Part shown: positions 10,280 through 20,577 of the stretch, piece by piece
Layout of the letters: every line of letters begins with the position of its first letter
Position numbering within the stretch: the first letter of the stretch is position 1
DNA from: Calditrichia bacterium
GTDB taxonomy: Bacteria > Calditrichota > Calditrichia > JAJRVZ01
Direction of reading: 5' to 3'
Assembly: GCA_963777955.1 (NCBI GenBank)
Contig: CAVZSQ010000019.1
Coordinates: forward strand, 224,001-288,000
Length of the DNA stretch: 64,000 bases
Position numbers and translations under genes: made by a program
The notes under the pieces: generated by a model
What the model saw: the letters and a program-made list of their open reading frames with translations, nothing else
Database searches by the model: none
What the model was told of the DNA's origin: nothing

Positions 10280-10906
10280 TTACCTGTACAACCCCCCGGT
10301 CTGTTCCATCCAGCCGGCTATTGTTTCCACTGCCCGAGAGATATTATTATCCGAGACATCCAGAATCAGCGCCGGCAAAACCGACTCTGCCAGCAGTTTT
10401 CGCAGCAAATCCTGCTCAGCACTAAATTTATCCAGATCATCATATTGCGCCGGTTTACCCGATACTTTAATCCGTTTCTTCCGGGCTGCAGCAAATGATT
10501 CCGGCCGGCGGGTACATAAAACCACTCTGAAACCAAGCGGCAGCAATCGCTCTTCCAGCCAACTAAAATCGTACTTCTTCTGGTAGACCATTAACTGATA
10601 CATCCGCGTGGACAGATGAAAGCGGTCCACAATCCAGGAATAATAAGGCAGCAATTCGAACAAATGCAGCCAGGTGCGGTAAGTTTCCATGGCCCGTTCT
10701 TCTTCTGCCGGCTCAAAATTGATCAAGCCCCGGCCCCAGGGGAAATTGGTAAAAGCACACCATTCAGCAGAAATCAAGGGTGAGTGGTAGCGGTACTTGC
10801 GCGGACCCACAATACGCGGATGTTCGTTCAGGGCAAAAGCGATTTCGGTTTTAAAAGTCAGACGGGTCCCTTCCAGTATTATTTTTGGACAAAGTTTTGC
10901 CGGCAT
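10280..10906 (-). CDS. Hypothetical protein with thymidylate-kinase-like P-loop fold
   Basis: IILEGTRLTFKT (atypical Walker A) and IVDRFHLS..MYQ (dTMP kinase DR.SxxxYQ motif). Confidence 0.6.
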   Translation of the reverse strand: MPAKLCPKIILEGTRLTFKTEIAFALNEHPRIVGPRKYRYHSPLISAEWCAFTNFPWGRGLINFEPAEEERAMETYRTWLHLFELLPYYSWIVDRFHLSTRMYQLMVYQKKYDFSWLEERLLPLGFRVVLCTRRPESFAAARKKRIKVSGKPAQYDDLDKFSAEQDLLRKLLAESVLPALILDVSDNNISRAVETIAGWMEQTGGLYR

Positions 10907-11251
10907 TTGCTGATCCTGAGTTTTTGTTTTAATCTGCTGATTAGATTAAAATTATACATTATAGCCTGTACATGCAATAAGTCGATTTTCGACGCTTGCA
11001 CCAGGGATGATTATACGTACCTTTTTCAAGTATCAATCAAATTTTCTTTTTATATTTCTATTTCATAAAAGAAACATAAATACCAGGGATCTCGTACAAG
11101 TTTGTACCATAAGTAGTACCCATTATCAGAATTAAATAAAATGATGAAATAAAACCCTGTTGAGGAGGGTTATTAGTTAGCGTATGCAACATATTTGACT
11201 GGATACTAACTATGATTAACGGCTTACTAACACACTACAGGAGGATTTTAT

Positions 11252-14008
11252 ATGCGTCATCGATTAATTACGTGGCGGGTGCTGTTTCTGCTAATACTTC
11301 TGCCCGTCGTGCTCATCGGCCAGGGGAATAAGATGAGCGGAAATCTGCTGATTGACATCCCCTACCAGAAATTTGTGCTGGATAACGGGCTGACCGTGAT
11401 CATACACGAAGATCACAAAGCACCCATTGTTGCTGTAAATGTCTGGTATCATGTAGGTTCTAAAAATGAAAAGGCAGGCAAGAGCGGTTTTGCCCACCTG
11501 TTTGAACACCTGATGTTTAACGGCAGCGAGAACTTTAATCAGGACTATTTCCAGGCCATGGAACGGGTTGGTGCCACCGATCTGAATGGTACCACTAATG
11601 AGGATCGCACCAATTATTTTCAAAACGTACCGGTCTCCGCTTTCGAACTGGCTTTGTGGATGGAATCGGATCGGATGGGACACCTGCTGGGAGCTGTAGA
11701 CCAGGCAAAACTGGATGAGCAGCGCGGTGTGGTTCAAAATGAGAAACGCCAGTATGAGAACGAGCCGTACTCGATCTCCGAAGAATTAATTACCAAGGCC
11801 GTTTGGCCGGCCGGGCATCCCTATGCCCATACTGTTATCGGATCGATGGAAGATCTGACCGCTGCCTCGATGTCCGATGTACAGGAATGGTTCCGTACCT
11901 ATTATGGTCCGGCCAACTCGGTCCTGACCATTGCTGGTGATGTACAGCCCCAGGCGGCACTGGAACTGGTCAAAAAATATTTCGGCGATATTCCTTCCGG
12001 TCCCCCGGTGGCCAGATTCGCTTCCTGGATCAACAAACGCACCGGCACTATTCGCCAGCAGGCACAGGACCGTGTGCCTCAGGCCAAGTTATATCAAGTC
12101 TGGAACATCCCTGGCTGGGGAACCGCCGGTGCCTGTCACCTGGACCTGATCAGCGATGTACTATCCGTGGGAAAATCATCCCGCCTGTATAAACGGTTAG
12201 TATATGACGAACAGATTGCGACCAATGTCGCCGCATACATTGATATCAGAGAAATCGCCGGATTATTCATCATCGAGACAACTGCCAAACGCGGTGAAGG
12301 TCTAGATAAGATCGAACAAGCGATCAATGAAGAACTGGCAAAATTTATAAAAGCTGGACCTACAGCGGAAGAACTGGATAGGGCAAAAACCGCTTATGAA
12401 GCTAATTTTATTCGCGGTATCGAGCGCATCGGTGGTTTTGGCGGGAAATCGGATATTCTGGCCCAGAATCAAGTTTACGGCGGCATACCGGATTATTACA
12501 AAACTACCTTGAACAGGGTCAAGACACTCACGGTCAAAGACCTGCAGCAGACTGCTGCCGAATGGTTGGCCGACGGAGTTTATAACCTGGAGATACATTC
12601 GTTCCCGGAATATAGCAATAACTCCACTGACAGCACCCTGCGTAAAAATATGCCCACGGTGGGTGAATCACCAATGGCCAAATTCCCGGCGATGCAGAAG
12701 GGTGCCTTGAGCAACGGTCTAAAAATTATCCTGGTAAAACGTCCAGCTGTACCGCTTATTAATTTCAGCATGCTCTTCGATGCCGGTTATGCGGCCGATC
12801 AACTGGCCACACCGGGTACAGCCAATCTGGCTATGAATATGATGGATGAGGGGACTAAAACCCGCTCCGCCCTCCAGATCAGCGATGAGTTACAAAAACT
12901 AGGCGCCACTTTGAGCACAGGATCCAATCTGGACATGTCACGTGTTTTCATGTCGGCACTTAAATCCAAACTGGAACCATCACTGGCCCTGTATGCCGAC
13001 GTTATTCTAAATCCCTCATTTCCACAACAGGACCTGGAGCGGCTGAAAACACAAACAATTGCCGGGATTCAGCGTGAAAAGGCTGAACCGATGACCATGG
13101 GCTTCCGGGTATTACCGACATTATTATATAGCCAGGAGCATGCTTATGGCACACCTTTCACCGGTTCCGGATTCGAAGCGACCGTGGCCAAGTTGACCCG
13201 TGAGGACGTTGTGAAGTTTCATCAGAACTGGATTAAACCGAATAATGCGACTTTAATCATCGTCGGCGATGCCACCCTGGCCGAAGTTCAACCTGTACTG
13301 GAAAAAGTTTTTGCATCCTGGAAACCGGGTGAAGTTCCCAGTAAAAACATCACGGATGTAGCTCAGAAAAAATCACAGGTATACATTATGGATAAACCCG
13401 GTTCGCCGCAATCGGTTGTTTTTGCCGGATTCGTTACATTACCCCAGAACAATCCTGATGAAATTGCCATTCAGGCGCTGAATACCCTGCTGGGTGGCTC
13501 ATTTACCTCACGGATTAACATGAACCTGCGTGAAAACAAGCATTGGTCCTATGGTGCCCGTTCGATGGTTGTCCAGGCTACAGCCCAACGTCCTTTCTTC
13601 GTTTTTGCGCCGATACAATCCGATAAAACGAAAGAATCGATGATCGAGATCGACAAGGAATTGCATGAGATTCTGACTAATCGTCCAGCCAGCACAGAAG
13701 AAGTAAGCAAAGTAAAAAATAATTTAAGTTTGCGTCTGCCGGGACAATGGGAAACCAATAACAGCGTGGGCAATTCGGTGGAAAATATCGTGCGGTTTAA
13801 ATTAGCCGACGATTATTACGATAAATATGCACAGGCTGTACGCTCCCTCTCCACCAGCGAAGTAGGTACAGCAGCACAAAAACTATTGCACGCGGACAAT
13901 ATTATCTGGGTAATAGTCGGCGATAAAGCCAAGATTGAATCCGGTATCCGTGAATTGAATTATGGTGAAGTAAAATACCTTGACGGCGATGGTAAGGTGA
14001 TGCAGTAG
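11252..14008 (+). CDS. M16 family zinc peptidase (PqqL/pitrilysin-like)
   Basis: HLFEH inverted zincin motif, duplicated M16 domains, signal peptide, GGAGG RBS. Confidence 0.95.
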   Translation: MRHRLITWRVLFLLILLPVVLIGQGNKMSGNLLIDIPYQKFVLDNGLTVIIHEDHKAPIVAVNVWYHVGSKNEKAGKSGFAHLFEHLMFNGSENFNQDYFQAMERVGATDLNGTTNEDRTNYFQNVPVSAFELALWMESDRMGHLLGAVDQAKLDEQRGVVQNEKRQYENEPYSISEELITKAVWPAGHPYAHTVIGSMEDLTAASMSDVQEWFRTYYGPANSVLTIAGDVQPQAALELVKKYFGDIPSGPPVARFASWINKRTGTIRQQAQDRVPQAKLYQVWNIPGWGTAGACHLDLISDVLSVGKSSRLYKRLVYDEQIATNVAAYIDIREIAGLFIIETTAKRGEGLDKIEQAINEELAKFIKAGPTAEELDRAKTAYEANFIRGIERIGGFGGKSDILAQNQVYGGIPDYYKTTLNRVKTLTVKDLQQTAAEWLADGVYNLEIHSFPEYSNNSTDSTLRKNMPTVGESPMAKFPAMQKGALSNGLKIILVKRPAVPLINFSMLFDAGYAADQLATPGTANLAMNMMDEGTKTRSALQISDELQKLGATLSTGSNLDMSRVFMSALKSKLEPSLALYADVILNPSFPQQDLERLKTQTIAGIQREKAEPMTMGFRVLPTLLYSQEHAYGTPFTGSGFEATVAKLTREDVVKFHQNWIKPNNATLIIVGDATLAEVQPVLEKVFASWKPGEVPSKNITDVAQKKSQVYIMDKPGSPQSVVFAGFVTLPQNNPDEIAIQALNTLLGGSFTSRINMNLRENKHWSYGARSMVVQATAQRPFFVFAPIQSDKTKESMIEIDKELHEILTNRPASTEEVSKVKNNLSLRLPGQWETNNSVGNSVENIVRFKLADDYYDKYAQAVRSLSTSEVGTAAQKLLHADNIIWVIVGDKAKIESGIRELNYGEVKYLDGDGKVMQ

Positions 14009-14027
14009 GTTTATGCTTTAAATAATG

Positions 14028-14255
14028 AAGGTTAAAGGCCAAAGGTTAAAGGGTAAAGAAATCTATTTTATCTTTACCTTTTTACCTTTGGCTTTTATTT
14101 AAGATTCCTGTCAGCGTACGATTAAGCGAGCCACGTGCTAGCTGGAATTACATTGTTGCCTTTACCCTTTATCCTTTTCCCTTTCTTTGTGCCTCTGTGC
14201 CTGCCTTACGGCAGGTCTCCGATCTGTCTAACGCCAGATCTCCGACCTTTGTGCC
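14028..14255. repeat. Intergenic array of inverted 7-mer and 8-mer tandem repeats with embedded hairpins
   Basis: AAGGTTA AAGGCCA AAGGTTA AAGGGTA, then complementary TTTACCT-type arrays twice, TTTGTGCC/TCTGTGCC octamers and CCTGCC-TTAC-GGCAGG. Confidence 0.7.
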
Positions 14256-14258
14256 TTA

Positions 14259-15743
14259 TTACTCAATATACTGCTCCAGCACTCTGATAATCCCCTGTTC
14301 ACATACCTTACAGTAGGGTTTTGTGCCCTTGGAGAACATGATACAATCCAGCATGGGGCGGTACAAACCCGTGGTTGAATAGCCGGCCCCTTCAAAAGCG
14401 CCAACCATACCGTTATATTTGCTGTTTTTTAGAAAGGTATCCAGCTGTGCGGTAAGAGTACGGTCTATATTTTTGCTTTGAGCCTGAAGTTCTTTGATTT
14501 TAGCGGCATTCAGGGTGCTATCCTTTTTCAATTCCGTTATTTCTTTATTCAACTGGCGCCGTTTTGCCACCCAGGCCTGGCCCAGGGAATCGTACCCGGC
14601 CTTCTCCCAGGGTGTGGGCAGGGCGATAGCGGGGGTCATGAAGTTTTTCCACTTCAGTTTATTCGGATCCAATAATGCCGTGATATTATAATCGATCGGC
14701 TCCACCCCTTTTGGATAAAAGTCATTATAAGCAACATCCGAACTGTAATATTCGTCGGCCAGGCCGCCAAAGGAATGTCCGAATTCATGCAGAAACACAT
14801 ATTCAGTCCACTGGTTATCAGTGGTAAAAGTACAATAAAGATTGTAAATACCTCCGCCGCCGTAGCGCGTATGATTAACCATGATGACAATGGCCTCATA
14901 GGGGACAGCTGCGGCCAGATCGCGTATCGACTTGTTATCTTCAGTCAGCATATACCGTTCCAAACCAAGTGAATGGAAAGTAGTGCTTAAGACCGTTCTT
15001 TTAAAAACTCCGGCACCCGGTTCATCCACACCGCTTTCCAATGACGGCTTAAAAATACCATAAATGTTGAATTTATCTTTCAGGGATTTATAGGGTGGCT
15101 GGTTAAGAAATAACTGCGTCACTCGTTTCAGATCGGTTTTATATTTATCCTCTTCATCAGCAGTATATCCCTCGGCCAGGATAACGATATCCGCTTTACT
15201 GTGCGGATCGCCGCTGTAATTACTGTTCATGACCTTAACCGAACGATCAGTGAAATTCTCCCGGATAATATAAATATTATGCGGATCGATTTCGGTCGCA
15301 AATAATTCATGTAACTGATTCATCCGATCGCGCCCTTCCAGTACGAAACGTACCTTATTCCTGGGCATGGGGATCAGCACGGACTCATGGTAGGTTCTCG
15401 CTGTGCATTGCAGGGCCGGATCGCTGGTTTTATACTCGCCGAAATAACTATCGAATCCCCGCGAGAAAATCAACTTATTTGTGGCCAGATCATAAATTTT
15501 AACGCAATACCGGCCGAGGTTTAATGGGTCAATAAGCCGGGTCCGGCTTCCCGCCCAGATACCATAGCGGTAACAATGATCCAGGGTGATCATTTCATGT
15601 TTTGCATCACCGCTGTGAAAATAATCGATGCGCAGGGTCTGGTCAGTAAAAAACTGAGCAAAGTTTAACGATGCCGGTACCTGGGCCTGCAAAAATAAAG
15701 GCAGAATTAGAAGTACATAAACGATGCTTTTTAATAATCTCAT
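14259..15743 (-). CDS. Peptidase M64 (IgA peptidase family)
   Basis: AEGYT, YGGGG, HEFGHSFGGLADEY, FEGAGY, CIM and C..C motifs. Confidence 0.93.
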   Translation of the reverse strand: MRLLKSIVYVLLILPLFLQAQVPASLNFAQFFTDQTLRIDYFHSGDAKHEMITLDHCYRYGIWAGSRTRLIDPLNLGRYCVKIYDLATNKLIFSRGFDSYFGEYKTSDPALQCTARTYHESVLIPMPRNKVRFVLEGRDRMNQLHELFATEIDPHNIYIIRENFTDRSVKVMNSNYSGDPHSKADIVILAEGYTADEEDKYKTDLKRVTQLFLNQPPYKSLKDKFNIYGIFKPSLESGVDEPGAGVFKRTVLSTTFHSLGLERYMLTEDNKSIRDLAAAVPYEAIVIMVNHTRYGGGGIYNLYCTFTTDNQWTEYVFLHEFGHSFGGLADEYYSSDVAYNDFYPKGVEPIDYNITALLDPNKLKWKNFMTPAIALPTPWEKAGYDSLGQAWVAKRRQLNKEITELKKDSTLNAAKIKELQAQSKNIDRTLTAQLDTFLKNSKYNGMVGAFEGAGYSTTGLYRPMLDCIMFSKGTKPYCKVCEQGIIRVLEQYIE

Positions 15744-15756
15744 AAATCTCCCCTTT

Positions 15757-16659
15757 TTATTTTTCTTTAAGCAATGATTCCCTGGCTTTAATCAATTCCT
15801 GTTTTTGCTTTTTGGATAATTGCGGGTAGTGCAGTTTCAAATCAGCGATAGTCGAAACCAGAATATCCGCTACCAGGGCCCTGGTTATCCATTTGTGATC
15901 GGCTGGAATCACATACCAGGGCGCCCAGCTGCTGGAGGTTTCATTGAGCATCTCTTCGTAGGCTGACATATATTTGCTCCACAGTCCACGCTCGGCCACA
16001 TCCGCAGCAGAAAACTTCCAGTTTTTCTCCGGATTTTCTAAACGCTCCAGAAACCGTTTCTTCTGTTCTTTTTTTGATACATGCAAAAAGAATTTAAGCA
16101 CAATAATGCCATTACGTACCAGGTGCCGTTCAAAAGCATTGATGTCATTGAAACGGTTCTGCCAGAAAGACCTGCGGTTTTCTCCGGAAGGTAGTTTCTG
16201 GGCAACCAGCCATTCCGGGTGCACCCGTACTACCAGCACCTCTTCGTAATAGGATCGGTTGAAAATACCTACGCGGCCGCGTTCCGGGAGGGCTTTCATA
16301 CAACGCCATAAAAAGTTATGATCCAATTCCTCGGCTGACGGTTGTTTAAAACTGAATACCTGGCAGCCCTGGGGATTCAGACCTGACATCACATGTTTAA
16401 TGGTGCTGTCTTTGCCGGCCCCATCCATCGCCTGCAGAATCACCAGCACAGAATAGTTATCACTGGCGTAAAGCAGATCCTGTGCTTCAGCCAGAGCCAG
16501 CAGATCCTTTTCCAGGACTTCTTTTAACTTTTCTTTTAATGCCGCTTTATTCTTCGGCCGCATTTCAGCGTGATTTACAAAATCGGTAGGAAAATCTTTT
16601 AATTTAATCTTTTCAGCGGGAGAGATCTGTACTGCCTGAATGATTTTTTTTGAAAACAT
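15757..16659 (-). CDS. ppk2: Polyphosphate kinase 2 family protein (probably class III)
   Basis: QAMDGAGKD, FNRSYYEEVL, KNWKFS..D and APWYVIPAD.K motifs. Likely start ATG 16659. Confidence 0.93.
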   Translation of the reverse strand: MFSKKIIQAVQISPAEKIKLKDFPTDFVNHAEMRPKNKAALKEKLKEVLEKDLLALAEAQDLLYASDNYSVLVILQAMDGAGKDSTIKHVMSGLNPQGCQVFSFKQPSAEELDHNFLWRCMKALPERGRVGIFNRSYYEEVLVVRVHPEWLVAQKLPSGENRRSFWQNRFNDINAFERHLVRNGIIVLKFFLHVSKKEQKKRFLERLENPEKNWKFSAADVAERGLWSKYMSAYEEMLNETSSSWAPWYVIPADHKWITRALVADILVSTIADLKLHYPQLSKKQKQELIKARESLLKEK

Positions 16660-16841
16660 CTTTAACCCCTTTTGTATTAAAACTTTCTGACTTACCTTAC
16701 ATATAAACATATCCACTCCGCCCGGAAGCGGATTGCCCAAGTACAGTAAAGATAAGAATTTTGATGATTTCATGAAATAAAAGTATTAATATTAAAGTTT
16801 GTTAAATAGTATATCTGTCATTTTAATAAACAAAGGAGAAA

Positions 16842-17682
16842 GTGATGAACACATTTTTCAGGATTGGTTTCGTATTCTTATTAACGCTTATTTTGTTAAC
16901 CAACAACAGCCCGGCTCAGACCAGAAATGTGCAGGTCAGTCCGGCTGCTACCGCGGTACAGACCGTCGGAATAACCGATATCACGGTTACCTACCATCGT
17001 CCTGGTGTCAAAGGACGCGTGATCTGGGGCGAACTGGTTCCTTACGATCAGATCTGGCGGACCGGTGCCAATAATGCCACCACGATCGAATTTTCGACCG
17101 AGGTAACCGTCGCCGGGACCAAGATTGCTGCCGGCAAATACAGTCTGTTCACCATTCCTGCCCGTGAAGAGTGGACAATCATCATTAATAAAAACACTAC
17201 CCTGTCGGGAACAGACGGTTACAAGCAGGAAGAGGATGTCGTGCGCTTCAAAATAAAACCACAGGCAACAGAGCATCAGGAATGGATGATGTTTACTTTC
17301 GAAAACCTGTCAAAGAGTTCCGCTGATCTGGTGCTATGCTGGGAAAAAATGAAGGTGGCTTTCACTATTAATGTAAATACAGATGACCTGGTTCTAAAAG
17401 GTTTTAAAACAGATCTTGGCTGGCAATCTGCTTCCCGCGCTGCCTCTTATTGCCTGGACAATAATGTTGCCCTGGAAGACGGCAAAAAATGGATTGATCA
17501 GTCACTGGCCGTGGAAAGAAATTACTGGAACCTGACCCTCAAGGCCAGATATCAGGCCCTGGACAAAAATAACAAGGCAGCAGCAGAGACCATGCAGGAA
17601 GCACTTGACCTGGGACAAAAAATGGAAAGAAAACCATGGAATTTAGATGCAGATGGAAAAATTACTTAAGGAATGGAAATAG
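16842..17682 (+). CDS. DUF2911-domain protein; extra base near 17651, corrected end ...MEKLLKEWK*
   Basis: SP, YHRP.VKGR.IWG.LVPY..IWRTGAN signature; signal peptide. Confidence 0.88.
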
Positions 17683-18580
17683 CAAAGTATAATATAGAAT
17701 TCTTTATAACTTGCCTGCCAATCGCAGGCAAGTTATAAAGATCTATGGTACTCTCAGTCGGCGAAGCTATAAGCGAATCCGGGGGCATTGAAATTTTTAC
17801 TCTTATCGTATCCAGACCGGGCACGACCACTTCAACTCCAGGCAGAATATTAATTCTTGTACGCGGTACTTTTAAAACCATCATACTATCCTGAAGTACT
17901 TTCATTTGATCTCTTAATTCCTGTTCATAATTATCCTTCCAGACCAGCCATTTTTGTTTCTCCAGTTCTTTAAGCACTTTGACCATCTCCCGATCCGAGT
18001 TACGTAACAGCTCCATGCGCAACTGACTGTCGATAATCACCTGCAGATTGGAATCGTACTGGAAGAGCCGGCGATTGACTAACTCTTTTTGCTTTTCTTT
18101 TTCTTTTAAATTCTTTTCAAAGATATATACCTTTTTTAAATGATCCCCCAATTCCTGCCATTTTTTTCCGTCTTCAGGAGAAGGTAGATATGTATCCGGA
18201 TCCGGCTGCCCTTGATTTACTGTTATTTTAGTTTCACCCGGTATTGGTATATTCAAGGCTAATTGCATAGTTTCTTTGACTTTATGCAAGCGCAAACTAT
18301 CCTCAAGATTTTCCACATTTAAAATCTCTGCTGCCAGTTTTTCTACCTGACCCGGCGTAACTTTTTTCTCTTCAACTTGCTGTTTGAACTGATCATAAAG
18401 TTGGGTTAATTCTTCTTTATTCTTATTTTCAGGGATCACCGCCATTAACTTACTGCCGAGGAAATCCAGGTAATGATTAATGTTTTCAGTATCGATCTTT
18501 TGCACGATAAAATAAATACTCATACTGAAAATAAAGATCAAACAGATAGCCAGGGTAATATTATTCAGGTTTTTTTTCAT
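17666..18580 (-). CDS. Hypothetical membrane-anchored helical protein (true stop may be near 17745)
   Basis: N-terminal TM segment, then a charged coiled region. The ORF reads through the 17701 hairpin, which suggests a 3' frame error. Confidence 0.65.
   Translation of the reverse strand: MKKNLNNITLAICLIFIFSMSIYFIVQKIDTENINHYLDFLGSKLMAVIPENKNKEELTQLYDQFKQQVEEKKVTPGQVEKLAAEILNVENLEDSLRLHKVKETMQLALNIPIPGETKITVNQGQPDPDTYLPSPEDGKKWQELGDHLKKVYIFEKNLKEKEKQKELVNRRLFQYDSNLQVIIDSQLRMELLRNSDREMVKVLKELEKQKWLVWKDNYEQELRDQMKVLQDSMMVLKVPRTRINILPGVEVVVPGLDTIRVKISMPPDSLIASPTESTIDLYNLPAIGRQVIKNSILYFAISIP
17701..17741. terminator. Probable bidirectional terminator between convergent genes
   Basis: Perfect 18-bp arms: TCTTTATAACTTGCCTGC-caatc-GCAGGCAAGTTATAAAGA. 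Confidence 0.7.
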
Positions 18581-18661
18581 GATTGCTCCTGCCACAAACC
18601 AGCAAGAAAATCGGAATTAATAATTATTACTTTATTTGTATAAAAAGTATTCTAAGCCAAT

Positions 18662-18688
18662 AAACGTGAATAAAGCATAAATGTTTCA
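18662..18688 (-). promoter_or_regulatory. Putative ECF-sigma promoter
   Basis: TGAAAC-N16-CGTTT on the minus strand, about 80 nt upstream of 18580. Confidence 0.5.
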
Positions 18689-18909
18689 GATTTATCTTAA
18701 ATTATAAAGTCTGTTAAGGCAATTAATAAATCCGAATTTTATGAATTGATTCTGTTTAATTAAAATCGTATATATATTTGAGTTTTCAACCAACATATGA
18801 AAGACAACCGGGTTAAACCAGGGTGAGGGCGATTAAAAACATAAAATGAATCTGCCGGCCGTATTTTTTAACATTACTGCCTCAGATCATATTAACACAG
18901 GACAGCAAC

Positions 18910-19605
18910 ATGGACGAACCAAAAAAAGCACAAAGAATCATCAATACGCTGACCGGTCCGTGGGAGAAAAAACACCTGCCATTGTGGGCCCAGGCCTTAC
19001 CACCATGGATAAATTCTGATCACCTGACCATCCTGGGAATTCTGGCCGGATTTATTATCGGTGCCGGTTATATATTATGCCGATACTCACATTGGTGGCT
19101 GCTGTTGACAAATTTCGGATTACTGGTACACTGGTATGCCGATAGTCTGGATGGGACACTGGCCCGCATCCGGCATAAGGAGCGGGAACGTTACGGATAC
19201 TTCGTCGACCATATGAGTGATGCCTGGACTACACTTATACTCTGTGTTTCGATTGGTTTCTCTACTATGATGCAACTGGATATAGCATTGTTCGTGGCAA
19301 TCGGTTATCTGCTGATGATGGTTTATGCACACGTGCGCGCATATACGCATCATGATTTTGTATTATCCTACGGCCGCTTCGGACCTACTGAAGTACGGAT
19401 AGTAATCGCTCTGCTTAATTTCGTGCTCATTTTCTGGAATCCCGTCATATACCGGCAGGGATCAGAAGTACGCACCCTGCTGGATGCAGCAGGATTTACC
19501 ATAGGTTGTATTTTCATCATTATTTTTATGACTGTGGGTATCCGGGAAGCCATCAAACTTGACCGGCTGGACCGGGCTCATCATACGCCTGATCAGATCA
19601 ATTGA
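18910..19605 (+). CDS. CDP-alcohol phosphatidyltransferase family protein
   Basis: DSLDGTLAR...YGYFVDHMSD signature; multiple TM segments. Confidence 0.9.
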   Translation: MDEPKKAQRIINTLTGPWEKKHLPLWAQALPPWINSDHLTILGILAGFIIGAGYILCRYSHWWLLLTNFGLLVHWYADSLDGTLARIRHKERERYGYFVDHMSDAWTTLILCVSIGFSTMMQLDIALFVAIGYLLMMVYAHVRAYTHHDFVLSYGRFGPTEVRIVIALLNFVLIFWNPVIYRQGSEVRTLLDAAGFTIGCIFIIIFMTVGIREAIKLDRLDRAHHTPDQIN

Positions 19606-19643
19606 TAGCCTTCCCTACCCTGACGTCAGAGTAAAACCTAATC

Positions 19644-20577
19644 ATGCAATTCAAAGATTATTATCAGATATTAGGCGTAGATAAAATAGCTACAGCGGCA
19701 GAGATACGCAAAGCTTATCGGAAATTAGCTGCCCAGTATCATCCTGACCGTAATCCGGGCAATACTGCATCCGCAGAAAAATTTAAGGAAATCAATGAAG
19801 CCAATGAAGTGCTCAGCGACCCGGAAAAACGAAAAAAGTACGATCGCTTCGGACAGAACTGGAAACACTACCAGGAATCCACACCCCCGCCACAGGGGGA
19901 TTTCAACTGGTCGGAAGCCTTCGGCCGGCAGCAGGGCTCAGACTGGGCAACCATTCGCTGATTTTGACATCAATGATCTTTTTGCCAGACGGGACAGTAA
20001 CGACTTCTTTGAAATGCTTTTTGGTTATTCGTTCGACAACACAACAAGACCAAGACCTTCCGGCAGGAAAGGACGGGATATTACTGCGGAGACAAAGATT
20101 TCTCTCGAAGAAGCCTATCATGGCACTACCAAACTTTTCCGCTTAAACGATCAGACACTGAAAGTGGCAATTCATCCCGGCATTAAAAACGGACAGGTAT
20201 TAAGGTTGAGCGGTAAAGGTGCAGCAGGCAGAACTGGAACAGCCGGAGATTTATATATAACTGTCAATATTGAAACACATCCCCGGTTCAGAAGAGAAGT
20301 CCATGATTTATTTACTGAAATTTCTGTCGATCTCTATTCAGCCATCCTTGGCGGGCAGGTGGATGTGGACACCTTTAAAGGTAAGGTTCTGCTGACCATA
20401 CCTCCCGGAACAGATAACGGTACTACTTTAAGACTCAGTGGTATGGGCATGCCCCAGTATGAACAACAGGACAGCTATGGTGATTTATATGTAAAAGTAT
20501 GGTTAGCTATTCCCCGTAATTTATCCGCGGAAGAAATAGACTTGTTTAAAAAACTCAATGCTTTACGAAGCCGGTAA
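19644..20577 (+). CDS. DnaJ-class co-chaperone without Zn finger (CbpA-like), frameshift near 19935
   Basis: KDYY..LGV and HPD motif in the first ORF; DnaJ C-domain (GDLY, IPPGT..G..LRL.G.GMP) in the second. Confidence 0.9.

Noticed and set aside
11040..11250. Riboswitch or ncRNA in the long leader of the M16 peptidase (also looked at 18600-18900 and 55480-55700)
   Set aside because: No recognisable conserved aptamer motifs by eye; an Rfam/Infernal scan would be needed
14028..14255. CRISPR array
   Set aside because: Units are 7-8 bp with no unique spacers, and there are no cas genes
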